Shown piece by piece: positions 17,161 through 27,145 of a stretch of DNA of 64,000 bases (within the stretch, counting starts at the first letter, position 1; each line of letters opens with the position of its first letter). Under the pieces are notes generated by a model that was given only the letters and a program-made list of their open reading frames with translations, made no database searches and was not told where the DNA came from. The position numbers and the translations under genes are program-made. The stretch comes from Gemmatimonadota bacterium (GTDB lineage: Bacteria; Gemmatimonadota; Gemmatimonadetes; Gemmatimonadales; GWC2-71-9). The DNA is taken from positions 65,612-129,611 of the forward strand of contig QHUU01000054.1 of assembly GCA_003222155.1 (NCBI GenBank). The letters run 5' to 3'.

Positions 17161-18525
17161 GTGAGACCAACGGTCGTGGCAGTTCTCCTGTGCGGCGCCG
17201 CGGGTTGCAGTTCCGCGCCGCGGCCGGCGGGCGCGCGCCCCGATCCCGGTGCCGCCGTCTCCACCTTGTTCGACGCGGGCAGCGTGTACGGATCCATGGG
17301 ACTCCTGGTCGGCGGTCCCTCGCTCCCGTTCGTCGCCACCGTGCGCTACTTCGCCGATGCCGCGCCGGACTCCACCCTGGCCCTGTTCGCGCTCTCGCTC
17401 GCCAACCACGCGCTCACCTTCCAGCGCGACGGCTCTGGCTTCGCCGCTCAGTATCACGTTGAAGTGGCGTTCCGTGCCGACAGCGGCACCACACGACAGT
17501 TCGCCACCGACGAGACGGTGCGCGTCCGCACCCTGCAGGAGACGGTCCGAGCCGACGAGAGCGTGATCTACCAGCAATTCATCGCCGTGCGCCCCGGCGT
17601 TTATCACGTCGACGTGACGGTCCGCGACCGCAACGCACCGGCGGTGGCGCACGGCCAGCGCGCCGACACCGTGCCTCGGTTGGCAGGGCAGGGGATGAGC
17701 GAGCCACTCGCCGTGTATCAGGGCCCCGGGCGGACCCGGCTCGCCGACGTGCCCAAGTTCCTCGCGAACCCCCGCGCCGCGCTCTCCTACGGCGCCGACT
17801 CGATGCGCTTTTACGTGGAGGCGTACGGCGTGCCCCGCGGGGCCCGCCTCGCCGTGCGCGCTCTCGATCAGACTGGGCACGAGGTTTGGCATGACACGGT
17901 GGCGCTGACCGGGACGGACTCCCTCGCCAGCGCGCTCGCCGTGCTGCGCCCGGGCGATTTGCCCGTGGGCCAGGGCCGGTTCGAGGTGAGCACGCTCGAC
18001 GCGGGTGTGGCGTCCGCCGCAGCGGCGCGCTCCACGCCCTTCCTCGTCAGCTTCTCGGACCAATGGGCGATCACCAACTACGACCAGATGATCAGCCTGC
18101 TGCGCTACTTCGAGCGGCAGGACTGGGTGGACAAGCTGCGCCAGGCCCCGGCCGAGCAGCGTCCGGTGGTGTGGCGCGAGTTCTATACGGCGACCGACCC
18201 GGTCGAGGCGACGCCGGAGAACGAGGCGCTGGAAGCGTATTTCCGGCGGGTCCAGTTCGCCAACCAGCGGTTTCGCGAGTCGGGCGATCCCGGCTGGCTC
18301 ACCGACCGCGGCGAGGTGTACGTCACGCTGGGTGAGCCGGACGACGTATTCGATTTCAGCACGGATGCCTCGCGCGCCGGCGTGCGTGGCATCCGGTGGA
18401 CCTACAACTCGCTACGGTTGACGCTCTTCTTTCAGGATCCGAACGGCTTCGGCCGCTTCCGTCTGACACCCCTGTCGCGGGCCGAATTCCAGCGCGCCGC
18501 GGCGCAGGTGCGTCGCCGCCAGTGA
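17161..18525 (+). CDS. GWxTD-domain lipoprotein
   Basis: GTG start gives MRPTVVAVLLCGAAGC (lipobox). C-terminal GDPGWLTDRGEVYVTLGEPD matches the GWxTD domain. The upstream part of track ORF 16192-18525 is antisense to the kinase. Confidence 0.8.
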   Translation: MRPTVVAVLLCGAAGCSSAPRPAGARPDPGAAVSTLFDAGSVYGSMGLLVGGPSLPFVATVRYFADAAPDSTLALFALSLANHALTFQRDGSGFAAQYHVEVAFRADSGTTRQFATDETVRVRTLQETVRADESVIYQQFIAVRPGVYHVDVTVRDRNAPAVAHGQRADTVPRLAGQGMSEPLAVYQGPGRTRLADVPKFLANPRAALSYGADSMRFYVEAYGVPRGARLAVRALDQTGHEVWHDTVALTGTDSLASALAVLRPGDLPVGQGRFEVSTLDAGVASAAAARSTPFLVSFSDQWAITNYDQMISLLRYFERQDWVDKLRQAPAEQRPVVWREFYTATDPVEATPENEALEAYFRRVQFANQRFRESGDPGWLTDRGEVYVTLGEPDDVFDFSTDASRAGVRGIRWTYNSLRLTLFFQDPNGFGRFRLTPLSRAEFQRAAAQVRRRQ

Positions 18526-20756
18526 CGCGGGGGGCGGTCCTCGTCCTCAGCGCCGCGACCGTGCTCTGCGTGTCTCCGCCGGCGGCCGCGCAGACCACTC
18601 CCGACCTCGCCGCTCAGCGCGCCGAGTCGCTGCGGCTCTCCGGCCGGCCGTGGCACGCGGCGGAGACGTTGCTGGCTGCCGCCGCGCGGGAGCCGCGCCT
18701 CAACGCCACGTTCATCGTGGAAGGGGCCAAGGCCGAGCTGCACGCCCGCCGCTACGATCGCGCGCGCAGCCTGCTCGTGGGGCAGCCCTGGCTGGAGGAC
18801 TACGCCGGCGGCGAGGCCCTCGCCGTGCTCGCCGAGGCGGAGGCTCGGCTCGGGCTGACCACTGCCGCCCCGCACTACGCGGCGGCGCGCGGGCGCGCGG
18901 GCGGCGTGCGGGCGGCATTGCTCGCCGTGCGCGAGGGGCTGGCGTGGGAGGTGGCGGGGGAGCGCGACTCGGCGGCGGCCGCGTACGCCGCGGCCCGTGC
19001 GGCGGGGTTGTCGTCGATCGATCCGTGGCTGCGGGTGCGGCAAGCGCGGGTCACGCGCGACACGGCGGCCGCGTTCCGGCTGCTGGCGGATCTGCCGCCC
19101 GCCGTGGCACGGGAGGCCGGCGCGGCGCGGGCCCAGGCGCTGCTCGCGGCGGGTGACTCTGCCGCCGCGCTCGAGGCCCTGGCCCAGGCGGGTCGCTCGC
19201 TGGACGTGGCGCGACTGGCCCGGGCGTTGGGCGACTCGGGTCGCGCGCGGGACGCGCTGTACGCGCTGATGGCGCGGGCGCCCGAGTCGGACGACGCCGC
19301 AGCCGCAGTCGGCGTGGCGCTCGCGGGGCTCGGGCCGCGCACGCCTCCCGAGTATGTCGCGATCGCGCGCGCCATGAAGTCGCACGGCGGGGCCGCCGAC
19401 GCCCGGCTCGAAGTCGAGCGTGCGCTCCGCCAAGGTGATTCGAGCGCCGCCACGCTGGTGCTTGCGGGTGAGCTCCTGGCCGGCGCGGGTCGCTACCGCG
19501 ACGCGGAACGGGCGTATCGCGCCGCCGCCCGCGACTCCGCTCTCGGGGCGCTCGCGATCTACCGCCGCGCGCGCATCCTCGCGCGGCTCGGGGACGCTGG
19601 GGCATCCGAGGCCCTGTCCGGCTTCGCGCAGTCGTTTCCTGCCGACACCGCGGCGCCCACCGCCCTCTACGTGCTGGGCGACATGTTGGCCGACCGGGGC
19701 GACTGGGGAGGGGCCGCGCGCTGGTTCGACGAGCTGATCGCCCGCTATCCTGCGGACCTGCGCGCCTCGCTGGCCCGCTTCCGCCTCGCCGCGCAGGCGT
19801 TGCGCGACAGCCTGCGGGACAGCGCCAGCGCGTTGTTCCGGGCCGAGGTCGCGGCGGCGGCCCCGCAGCGCATGAGCGCGCGATTCTGGCTCGGCAAACT
19901 CGCCCTCCTGTTCGGCGATACCGCCGGCGCGCGTGCCACCTGGCTCACGCTCGCGCGCGAGGATTCGATCGGCTATTACGGACTGCGCGCCCGGCGCGAG
20001 GTCGACCTGCCGCCGCTCCGTTTCGCGCCGGCGCCGGCGCCCGCGCCCTCGGCCGCGATCGCTGCCGCGCTCGGCCGTGTCGACACGCTGCTGCTCGCCG
20101 GCCTCGACACGGCGGCGCAGGCCGAGGTCCGCACTGTCCTCGGGCGGGCGGCGCAGCAGGAGCTCGACGCGCTGCTGGCGTGGAGTGACGGGCTCGCACG
20201 CCGGGGCTTCGGGCCGGCGGCCGTGCGGCTCGGGTGGCAGGCCGCGCTCAAGGCGCCCAACGACCCACGCGTCCTGCGCGCCATCTTTCCGTGGCCGAAC
20301 CGCCGCGCCGTCGAGGCCGAGGCGGCGGAGTTCCGCGTCGACCCACTGTTGCTCGTCGCGATCGTGCGCCAGGAGAGCGTGTTCGATGCCGAGGCCCTCT
20401 CGCCCGCGGGCGCCCGGGGGCTCGCGCAGCTGCTTCCCGGCACCGCCGCGCTCACGGCGCGCGGGCTCGACGTGATCTTCTATCCGGAGTGGATCACCGT
20501 CCCCGACTTGAATCTCCACCTCGGCGCAGCGCACCTGCAGGAGCTGCTGGAGCGCTTCGCCGGTCGGGTCGACGCGGCCGTGGCTGCGTACAACGCGGGC
20601 ACGACGCCGGTGATGCGGTGGCTCGCGCGTCCGGGAGCCGAGGACCCCGACCAGTTCATCGAATCGATTCCGTACCAGGAGACGCGCGGCTACGTCCGCT
20701 CGGTGCTGCGCAACCGCGAGCTGTATCGCGCCCTGTACGTCGTCCCAACCAATTGA
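18522..20756 (+). CDS. Soluble lytic murein transglycosylase (superhelical N-terminal repeats plus SLT domain)
   Basis: SLT catalytic motif [25 protein letters not shown] and AYNAG. Signal peptide after the GTG at 18522, which overlaps the upstream TGA (GTGA). Confidence 0.85.
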   Translation: MTRGAVLVLSAATVLCVSPPAAAQTTPDLAAQRAESLRLSGRPWHAAETLLAAAAREPRLNATFIVEGAKAELHARRYDRARSLLVGQPWLEDYAGGEALAVLAEAEARLGLTTAAPHYAAARGRAGGVRAALLAVREGLAWEVAGERDSAAAAYAAARAAGLSSIDPWLRVRQARVTRDTAAAFRLLADLPPAVAREAGAARAQALLAAGDSAAALEALAQAGRSLDVARLARALGDSGRARDALYALMARAPESDDAAAAVGVALAGLGPRTPPEYVAIARAMKSHGGAADARLEVERALRQGDSSAATLVLAGELLAGAGRYRDAERAYRAAARDSALGALAIYRRARILARLGDAGASEALSGFAQSFPADTAAPTALYVLGDMLADRGDWGGAARWFDELIARYPADLRASLARFRLAAQALRDSLRDSASALFRAEVAAAAPQRMSARFWLGKLALLFGDTAGARATWLTLAREDSIGYYGLRARREVDLPPLRFAPAPAPAPSAAIAAALGRVDTLLLAGLDTAAQAEVRTVLGRAAQQELDALLAWSDGLARRGFGPAAVRLGWQAALKAPNDPRVLRAIFPWPNRRAVEAEAAEFRVDPLLLVAIVRQESVFDAEALSPAGARGLAQLLPGTAALTARGLDVIFYPEWITVPDLNLHLGAAHLQELLERFAGRVDAAVAAYNAGTTPVMRWLARPGAEDPDQFIESIPYQETRGYVRSVLRNRELYRALYVVPTN

Positions 20757-20911
20757 CGGCCCGAGACTTAGCGCGATCGCCCGCGTGGCCGTCGGGCTTT
20801 CTTGACAACGTTTTCCGTAGCGCGTCATTTCATAGCGCGCCCGACATCGGTGCCGGGCCGGGTGCCACAGCGCCCCACCAGAAAAGCATGACTCCGCCGG
20901 AGGCAGAACGA

Positions 20912-21115
20912 ATGGCTACTAAGGGAAAGGTGAAGTGGTTCAATGATGCCAAGGGCTACGGCTTCATTGAACAGGAGGGCGGCGAGGACGTGTTCGTGCA
21001 CTTCTCGGCCATCCAGATGGACGGCTTCAAAACGCTCGCTGAAGGGCAGGTGGTGGAGTTCGAGGTGCAGGCTGGCGACAAAGGGTTGCACGCCGCGAAC
21101 GTGGTTCGCGTCTAG
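20912..21115 (+). CDS. Cold-shock protein (CspA family)
   Basis: [29 protein letters not shown] (RNP1/RNP2). GGAGG 8 nt upstream of the ATG. Preceded by a 155-nt non-coding stretch (candidate long leader) containing a TTGACA hexamer at 20802-20807. Confidence 0.93.
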   Translation: MATKGKVKWFNDAKGYGFIEQEGGEDVFVHFSAIQMDGFKTLAEGQVVEFEVQAGDKGLHAANVVRV

Positions 21116-21141
21116 TCGGCCTCCGCGCCATTCGGCGTCAC

Positions 21142-21177
21142 CCCCGCCCGCGCGCTCGTCGGGCGGGGTTTTTGTTT
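21142..21177 (+). terminator. Rho-independent terminator of csp
   Basis: CCCCGCCCG (21142-21150) pairs with CGGGCGGGG (21160-21168), followed by TTTTTGTTT. Confidence 0.8.
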
Positions 21178-21211
21178 CTCGCGAGCATCCCGCCGCGTTA
21201 TTCTTCGCCCC

Positions 21212-24031
21212 ATGCCGACGCTCTATCTCGTCGACGGGTACGCCCTCATCTACCGCGCGTTCTTCGCGATGATCGCGCGGCCGCTCACCACGCGCCGCGG
21301 CGAGAACACCTCGGCCGCGTGGGGCGTCACCAACTTTCTGTTGCGCCTGCTCGAGCGCCGGCGTCCCGACTATCTCGCCTGGGTGCACGACGTCGGCGAA
21401 TCGTTCCGGCACCGGACCTATCCGGCGTACAAGGCCACGCGCGAGAAGCTCACCGCCGAGCTGCAGCAGGACTTCGATCGCTCGGTGGAGCGGATCGAGC
21501 AGATTCTCGAGGCGTTCCGCGTCCCGGTGGTGGGAGTCGAAGGCTTCGAGGCGGACGACGTGATCGGCACGCTCGCGACCGCCGCGAGCGCCCGCGGCCT
21601 GCAGGTGGTGATCGTGTCCGGCGACAAGGACTTTTACCAACTCATCGCGCCCGGTATCGCGCTCCTCAATCCTGGGCGAGGCGGTCCGGCCGCCGTCGAA
21701 GAGCATTGGGTGGATCAGGCGAACGCCGGTGAGCGGCTGGGCGTCCCCCCCGAGCGCGTGGTGGACTACCTCGCGCTCGTGGGGGACACGTCGGACAACG
21801 TCCCCGGGGTGAAGGGTGTCGGCGAAAAGACCGCCCTGGAGCTGCTGAAGACGTTCGGCGATCTCGACGCGATTCTCGCCGGCGCCGAGCGGATCTCCGG
21901 CAAGCGGGCACGCGAGGCGGTGCAGCAGCACGCGGAGCTCGCCCGTCTGTCGCGCGACCTGGTGACCATTCGTCGCGACGTCCCGCTGCCGCTCGATTTC
22001 GAGGCGCTGCGCGTCCGCGCTCCCGATGTCGCGCGGCTCACGGAGCTCTTCACGGAGCTCGAGTTCCGGTCGCTGATCCCGAAGCTGGAGGGACTCCAGG
22101 AGGTTGGAGCGGGGACGCCGGACACGTCCGCTCCGGCGGCCCAGCGGGCACCCGCCGTCGCGGGACCCCCGGCGCCCGCGACGCTCACGGCAGCGCCCGC
22201 CGAGCCCACGATCGTGGACGAGCCGGCGCTGCTGGCGGCGGTGGTGGCGGAGTGCCGCCGCGCCCCGCTCGTCGCGCTCGACACCGAGACCACGTCGCTC
22301 GATGCGATGCGCGCCGGCCTGGTGGGGATGTCACTGGCGGTGGCGCCGGGACGCTCCTGGTACCTCCCGTTCGCGCATGTCGCGCCCGACGGTGAGCTCG
22401 CCGGCGGAGCGCCGCCGCGCAACCTACCACCGCTCACGAGCGCGGGCCTCGCCTCCCTCCGCGAGTTGCTGAGCGATCCTGGTGTGGCCAAGGCCGGACA
22501 CAACGTGAAGTACGACTGGCTGGTGTTGCGCCGGGCGGGAGTGGAGCTCGCGGGCGTGACCTACGATTCCATGCTCGCGAGCTTCGTCCTCGACCCCGGG
22601 CGGCGCTCGCACGCGATCGACGAACTGGCGCGCGACCGCCTGTCGCTCGTCATGCGGACCTACCCCGAGCTCGTGGGGCGCGGCAAGGCACAGCGACCGT
22701 TCGCGGCGGTGCCCTTGGCGGAGGCGGCGCGCTACTGCGCCGCCGACAGCGAGATGGTGCTGCGGCTGCGCGCGGCGTTCCAACCGGAGCTCGAGGATCA
22801 CCAGCTCGTCCGGCTGCTCGAGAGGATCGAGTTGCCGCTCCTCCCCGTGCTGGTGGACATGGAGTGGCATGGGGTGCGGATCGACGTCGAACGCCTGGGC
22901 GAGATCTCCCGCGGCTTCACCCGTGAGCTCGCGGAGCTCGAGCAATCGATCTACCGCGCCGCGGGGACCGAGTTCAACATCAACTCCACTCCCCAGCTGC
23001 GCCACGTCCTGTTCGAGAAGATCCAGCTCCCCGTACTGAAGAAGACCAAGACGGGTCCCTCGACCGACTACGAGGTCCTGGAGCAGCTCGCGGCCGCGGG
23101 GCACGACGTGCCCCGGCTGCTGATCGAGTACCGCGAACTCTCCAAGCTGAAATCCACCTACGTGGACGCGCTGCCCGGCTTCATCAATCCCAATACCGGG
23201 CGCATCCACACGAGCTTCAACCAGACCGGCGCCGCAACGGGACGGCTGTCGTCCTCGGACCCGAACCTCCAGAACATCCCCGTGCGCACCCCGCGCGGCG
23301 AGGCCATCCGGCGTGCGTTCGTCGCACCCCCGGGCTCGCTCCTCCTCACGGCCGACTACTCCCAGATCGAGCTGCGCCTGCTCGCTCACCTCTCGGGCGA
23401 CCCGGCCTTCGTCCAGGCGTTCGAACAGGGCGGTGACATCCACCGTCAGACCGCGGCGATCATCTTCGGCGTGCCGCAGGAGCAGGTGACACCCGAGATG
23501 CGCGCGCGCGCCAAGACGATCAACTTCGGCACCATCTACGGGCAGGGACCGTTCGCGCTCGCCCGCCAGCTGGGCATCACCCAGGAGGACGCGCGCGCGT
23601 TCATTCAGGAGTACTTCACCCGCTTCGCCGGCGTGCGCACCTGGCTCGACCGCACCGTTGCGGAGGCGCGCACCAGGGGGTATGTCGAGACACTGTTCGG
23701 AAGACGCCGCTACGTTCCCGAGCTCAAGGATCGCAACTACAACATCCGTGCGTTCGGCGAGCGCACGGCGACCAATTCTCCGCTCCAGGGATCGGCGGCG
23801 GACTTGATCAAGATCGCCATGGTCCGCATCGCGACCGCTCTCCAGGAGGGTGGTCTAGCGTCCCGCATGATCCTCCAAGTACATGATGAGCTTGTATTTG
23901 AGGTGCCAGCGGCGGAGGCGGTAATCGCCACTGAGCTGGTAAAACGCCATATGGAGCGCGCCGCCGATCTGCGCGTGCCTCTGGTCGTAACTATAGGCGT
24001 TGGAATGAATTGGGTCGATGCCAAGGGATAA
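21212..24031 (+). CDS. polA: DNA polymerase I
   Basis: 5'-nuclease N-terminus, 3'-5' exonuclease (VALDTETTSLD), polymerase motifs DYSQIELRLLAH and QVHDELVFE. 939 aa. Confidence 0.97.
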   Translation: MPTLYLVDGYALIYRAFFAMIARPLTTRRGENTSAAWGVTNFLLRLLERRRPDYLAWVHDVGESFRHRTYPAYKATREKLTAELQQDFDRSVERIEQILEAFRVPVVGVEGFEADDVIGTLATAASARGLQVVIVSGDKDFYQLIAPGIALLNPGRGGPAAVEEHWVDQANAGERLGVPPERVVDYLALVGDTSDNVPGVKGVGEKTALELLKTFGDLDAILAGAERISGKRAREAVQQHAELARLSRDLVTIRRDVPLPLDFEALRVRAPDVARLTELFTELEFRSLIPKLEGLQEVGAGTPDTSAPAAQRAPAVAGPPAPATLTAAPAEPTIVDEPALLAAVVAECRRAPLVALDTETTSLDAMRAGLVGMSLAVAPGRSWYLPFAHVAPDGELAGGAPPRNLPPLTSAGLASLRELLSDPGVAKAGHNVKYDWLVLRRAGVELAGVTYDSMLASFVLDPGRRSHAIDELARDRLSLVMRTYPELVGRGKAQRPFAAVPLAEAARYCAADSEMVLRLRAAFQPELEDHQLVRLLERIELPLLPVLVDMEWHGVRIDVERLGEISRGFTRELAELEQSIYRAAGTEFNINSTPQLRHVLFEKIQLPVLKKTKTGPSTDYEVLEQLAAAGHDVPRLLIEYRELSKLKSTYVDALPGFINPNTGRIHTSFNQTGAATGRLSSSDPNLQNIPVRTPRGEAIRRAFVAPPGSLLLTADYSQIELRLLAHLSGDPAFVQAFEQGGDIHRQTAAIIFGVPQEQVTPEMRARAKTINFGTIYGQGPFALARQLGITQEDARAFIQEYFTRFAGVRTWLDRTVAEARTRGYVETLFGRRRYVPELKDRNYNIRAFGERTATNSPLQGSAADLIKIAMVRIATALQEGGLASRMILQVHDELVFEVPAAEAVIATELVKRHMERAADLRVPLVVTIGVGMNWVDAKG

Positions 24032-24132
24032 GCATGGCTCTTGCAGGAACAGCCGTCCGGGCTCACTATTCTGGGGCACCGGGTGGTGGTGAACCGCTCG
24101 GCGCCCCTTCGCGCCCGGGGGGTACGCAGGTG

Positions 24133-24513
24133 ATGTCTCGACGCGGCTTTACACTGATCGAACTGCTCATCGTGGTGGTGATCATCGGGCTCTTGGCGGC
24201 AATCGCCATCCCGAAGTTCTCCAACACGAAAGAGAAGGCCTACGTCGGCGCCATGAAATCCGACCTGCGCAACCTGGCGACGGCGGAGGAGGCCTTTTTC
24301 TACGACAGCGCAAAGTACACGACGAGTTTTGCGCTGATGGCCAACTTTGCCTCTTCGGTGGGCATCACGCTGACAATAAACGAGGCCACGGCATCGGGGT
24401 GGTCCGCCACTACGACCAGCCTCTACGCGCCGGGACGGCAATGCGCCCTGTTTTCGGGAGCTGCGACACCGGTGCCACCGGCCACGGCGGAGGGGCGTAT
24501 CAGCTGCCAGTAG
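24133..24513 (+). CDS. Type IV pilin-like protein (prepilin N-terminal cleavage/methylation domain)
   Basis: MSRRGFTLIELLIVVVIIGLLAAIAIPKF. Two C-terminal Cys residues. Confidence 0.85.
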   Translation: MSRRGFTLIELLIVVVIIGLLAAIAIPKFSNTKEKAYVGAMKSDLRNLATAEEAFFYDSAKYTTSFALMANFASSVGITLTINEATASGWSATTTSLYAPGRQCALFSGAATPVPPATAEGRISCQ

Positions 24514-24554
24514 CGCCGCCGCCCTATCGAGAATTTGCACGCCGCCGCGAGGGG

Positions 24555-24785
24555 ATGTGCTTCGCCCTCGACGGCGGCGTGTGGCTTCACCGCCACACCA
24601 TGCGCGGCGAGCGCATGGTCCACCTCGTGAGCGCCGACAAGGAGCGATTGCTCGCGCTCGGCGAGGCGCTCGGGCTCCAACCCGCTTGGCTGCAGTACAA
24701 GCCGCTCAAGGATCCCAGGACAGGAGTCCGCGTGCCGGCGTGGCACTGGGATGTGTGGGGGGAACGACTGAGACGCCTGGTCTAG
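24555..24785 (+). CDS. Small protein, DUF4031-like (76 aa)
   Basis: MVHLVSADKERLLALGEALGLQPAWLQ...HWDV resembles the DUF4031 pattern (HLxSD...ELHxFAxxLGL...). From memory only. Confidence 0.45.
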   Translation: MCFALDGGVWLHRHTMRGERMVHLVSADKERLLALGEALGLQPAWLQYKPLKDPRTGVRVPAWHWDVWGERLRRLV

Positions 24786-27055
24786 CCGTCTGCTTGCCGC
24801 TCGAGTTTCGGTGCGCGCACGCCCGGCCACCAATTCCATCTTCCGGCGATGTGCATGATCGCCGGCACGAGCACCATGCGGATCAGAGTGGCGTCGAGCA
24901 GCACGGCGGCGGCCAGGCCGAAACCAATCAGCTGCACCGCGAGCACGCGCGTGAATGCGAACGTCCCGAACACGAGGATCATGATCAGGGCCGCGCTCGT
25001 GATGGTGGACGCCGTGGCGGACAGGCCTTCCATGGTGGCGTGGTCGTTGCGGCCGGTCTTATCGAACACCTCTTTCACGCGTGTGAGCAGAAACACTTCG
25101 TAGTCCATCGACAGGCCGAACACGATGGCGAACACCAGCACCGGCACGACGGCCCAGATCGCCTGCGTGGGCCCCTCCAGTCCGAAGAACCGTCCGCCGT
25201 AGCCGTGTTGAAACACCAGCACGGTGAGCCCGAACGCGCCACCGACGGAGAGCAAGTTCAAGAGGACCGCTTTCACGGGGACGAGCAGGGAGCGGAAGGC
25301 CCAGAACAGCATGAAGGCGGTGATGCCCAGCACCAGGCCCACGGTCTTCGGGAACTGGCGCATCAACTGGTGTTGGGTGTCGACGTTCGACGCGGCGAAG
25401 CCCGCGACCAGGATCTCGGCTCCGGCGAGACCCCGGATGCTGTGCCCCACGATGCCGCGCACGCGCCGCACGACGTCCATCAGCCCCGTGAGGGAGACTG
25501 TGTCAGCCGGGATCACGTCCAGCAGCGTGACGCGATTGTCGGCGCTCAAGTACGCGTCGAAGAACTTCGGGTTCTTGGCCCGTACCTGCTCGGGATCACT
25601 GTAGTAGATGGCGAGCTGCAACGACGACATGGCGGCCTTCACGCTCGCCACGCCACGGACTTCGCGTACCCGAGGGTCCTTGCGGATCGAGTCGGTGAGG
25701 GCCTTGAGCCCGGGGAGGCGGCGCGCGGAGAGGGCGGACTCGCCTTCGGGGAGCTGTACCACGACGCGCACCGGCTGAATCACGCCGCTCGCGCCCATTT
25801 CGCGAAGGGCTTCGAGTCCCCGGGCCGACTCCGACTCGGGGGGAAACCAGTTGGTGGCGGGGAGGCCGAGGCGGATCTGCGTGACGGGAAAGGTGAGCAG
25901 CGCGATCGCCGCGCCGCCTACGGCGACGGCGCGCCACGGGCGATGCCCCAGCCAGCGTGCCCAGCGCTCCCACCCGGTGGGCGCGTGAAACCGTGCGAGC
26001 GGCCGCGCCAGCCACCGCGGCCGGTCGATCCCGCGTCCGAGCATGGCGAGCGCCGCGGGGAGGAACGTGGTGGCGAGCAGGACTGCCATGGCGACGACCA
26101 GTAAGCCTCCGACGCCCACCGATCGAGTGTCGGAGAGCGGCGTGGCCACGAGCGCCGCGAACCCCACGACCACCGTCAGACCCGACGTCACGACCGCCGA
26201 GCCGGCGGTCTCGACCGTGCGGATCGCGGCGTCGACCGACGATAGCCCGCGATTCAGCTCCTCGCGAAATCGCGTGACGATGAGCAGGGAGTAATCGATT
26301 CCGACGCCGAGCCCCACCATGGTGGTGATGTTCAGCACGAACACCGACATCGCCGTGTACCGCGCGGCGATGGTGACGAGTCCCAGCGCGATGGTGATCG
26401 CCAACACGCCCACAATCACCGGCAGTGCGGCGGCGACGAGCGCCCCGAACGCGACGATCAGCACCAGGAGCGTGAGGGGCAGGGCCCGCTGCTCCCCGCG
26501 CTCCGTGTCTTCGGTGCTGACCGTGCGCACGTCGTGATCCAGGGCGGGGAACCCCGTGACCATCACGTCGAAGTCCTCGGCGCCCGGGACGCGCGCCAGC
26601 GCGTCGCTGATCGTGGTGCGCAGGTCGGGGACGTAGCTGCTGCTCAGGTCGCGGCTCGATTGCGGGGTGAGCGCCGCGATCAGGAACGTGGTACGGCGGT
26701 CCTGGCTCACGAAGCTCGACTCGCCGATGGAGCGGACGGAGATCACCTGACCCACGTAGCTGCGACGCTCGACCGCGGCCGTGAGCGTGTCGAGCACCGT
26801 CTCGAACCGCGGGCTCGTCCAGCGGACGGGACCGTGCACGACGATCCCGACATAATCGGCGAACGGGGTCCGGAACGCCCCCTTGAGGAGCTCCGTGGCG
26901 CGACTTGCCTCGGTCGCCTCGCTCGTGCCCCCCCGAAGTGCGAGGACCTGTTGTACACGGCACGCCCGCGGCGCGAACAGCGCAAACAGAGCCGCCCACG
27001 CCGCGAGCACCCACCCACGCCAGCGGATGATGCGGGCCGCGGGTAACGCGATCAC
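24782..27055 (-). CDS. MMPL-family (RND superfamily) membrane transporter
   Basis: 757 aa with two blocks of about 5-6 TM helices, each following a large loop. Typical MMPL segments such as LPLTLLVLIVAFGALVAAALPVIVGVLAI. GTG start. Confidence 0.88.
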   Translation of the reverse strand: MIALPAARIIRWRGWVLAAWAALFALFAPRACRVQQVLALRGGTSEATEASRATELLKGAFRTPFADYVGIVVHGPVRWTSPRFETVLDTLTAAVERRSYVGQVISVRSIGESSFVSQDRRTTFLIAALTPQSSRDLSSSYVPDLRTTISDALARVPGAEDFDVMVTGFPALDHDVRTVSTEDTERGEQRALPLTLLVLIVAFGALVAAALPVIVGVLAITIALGLVTIAARYTAMSVFVLNITTMVGLGVGIDYSLLIVTRFREELNRGLSSVDAAIRTVETAGSAVVTSGLTVVVGFAALVATPLSDTRSVGVGGLLVVAMAVLLATTFLPAALAMLGRGIDRPRWLARPLARFHAPTGWERWARWLGHRPWRAVAVGGAAIALLTFPVTQIRLGLPATNWFPPESESARGLEALREMGASGVIQPVRVVVQLPEGESALSARRLPGLKALTDSIRKDPRVREVRGVASVKAAMSSLQLAIYYSDPEQVRAKNPKFFDAYLSADNRVTLLDVIPADTVSLTGLMDVVRRVRGIVGHSIRGLAGAEILVAGFAASNVDTQHQLMRQFPKTVGLVLGITAFMLFWAFRSLLVPVKAVLLNLLSVGGAFGLTVLVFQHGYGGRFFGLEGPTQAIWAVVPVLVFAIVFGLSMDYEVFLLTRVKEVFDKTGRNDHATMEGLSATASTITSAALIMILVFGTFAFTRVLAVQLIGFGLAAAVLLDATLIRMVLVPAIMHIAGRWNWWPGVRAPKLERQADG

Positions 27056-27145
27056 TTACCGGCCAAGCATAAGCAGGTCACAATCATAGAGACGCCGGCG
27101 AGGCAAAGCTAGCGGCGCGACGCCGGCCGCTCGCATATTGCGCGC

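Noticed and set aside
18432-20828. 798-aa minus-strand ORF, with similar giants at 42557-44512 (-), 47742-49700 (-), 6378-7835 (+), 24557-26104 (+), 56781-58016 (-) and 8425-9660 (-)
   Set aside because: All are antisense or frame-shifted shadows of confidently identified genes (slt, sufB, sufU/ABC, kinase, MMPL and others). Their translations are Arg/Pro/Gly/Ala-rich and low in complexity, as expected from the lack of stop codons in high-GC DNA.
24032-24132. Sigma-54 promoter in front of the pilin gene
   Set aside because: No GG-N10-GC element with a TGGCAC/TTGC-like context was found by eye in the 100-nt upstream region.
24782-24785. Convergent stop codons sharing CTAG (DUF4031-like ORF / MMPL gene), and TGATCA at 9694-9699
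   Set aside because: This is a real sequence feature, but it is most simply explained by overall genome compaction. Stop codons are intrinsically palindrome-prone (TAG/CTA, TGA/TCA).
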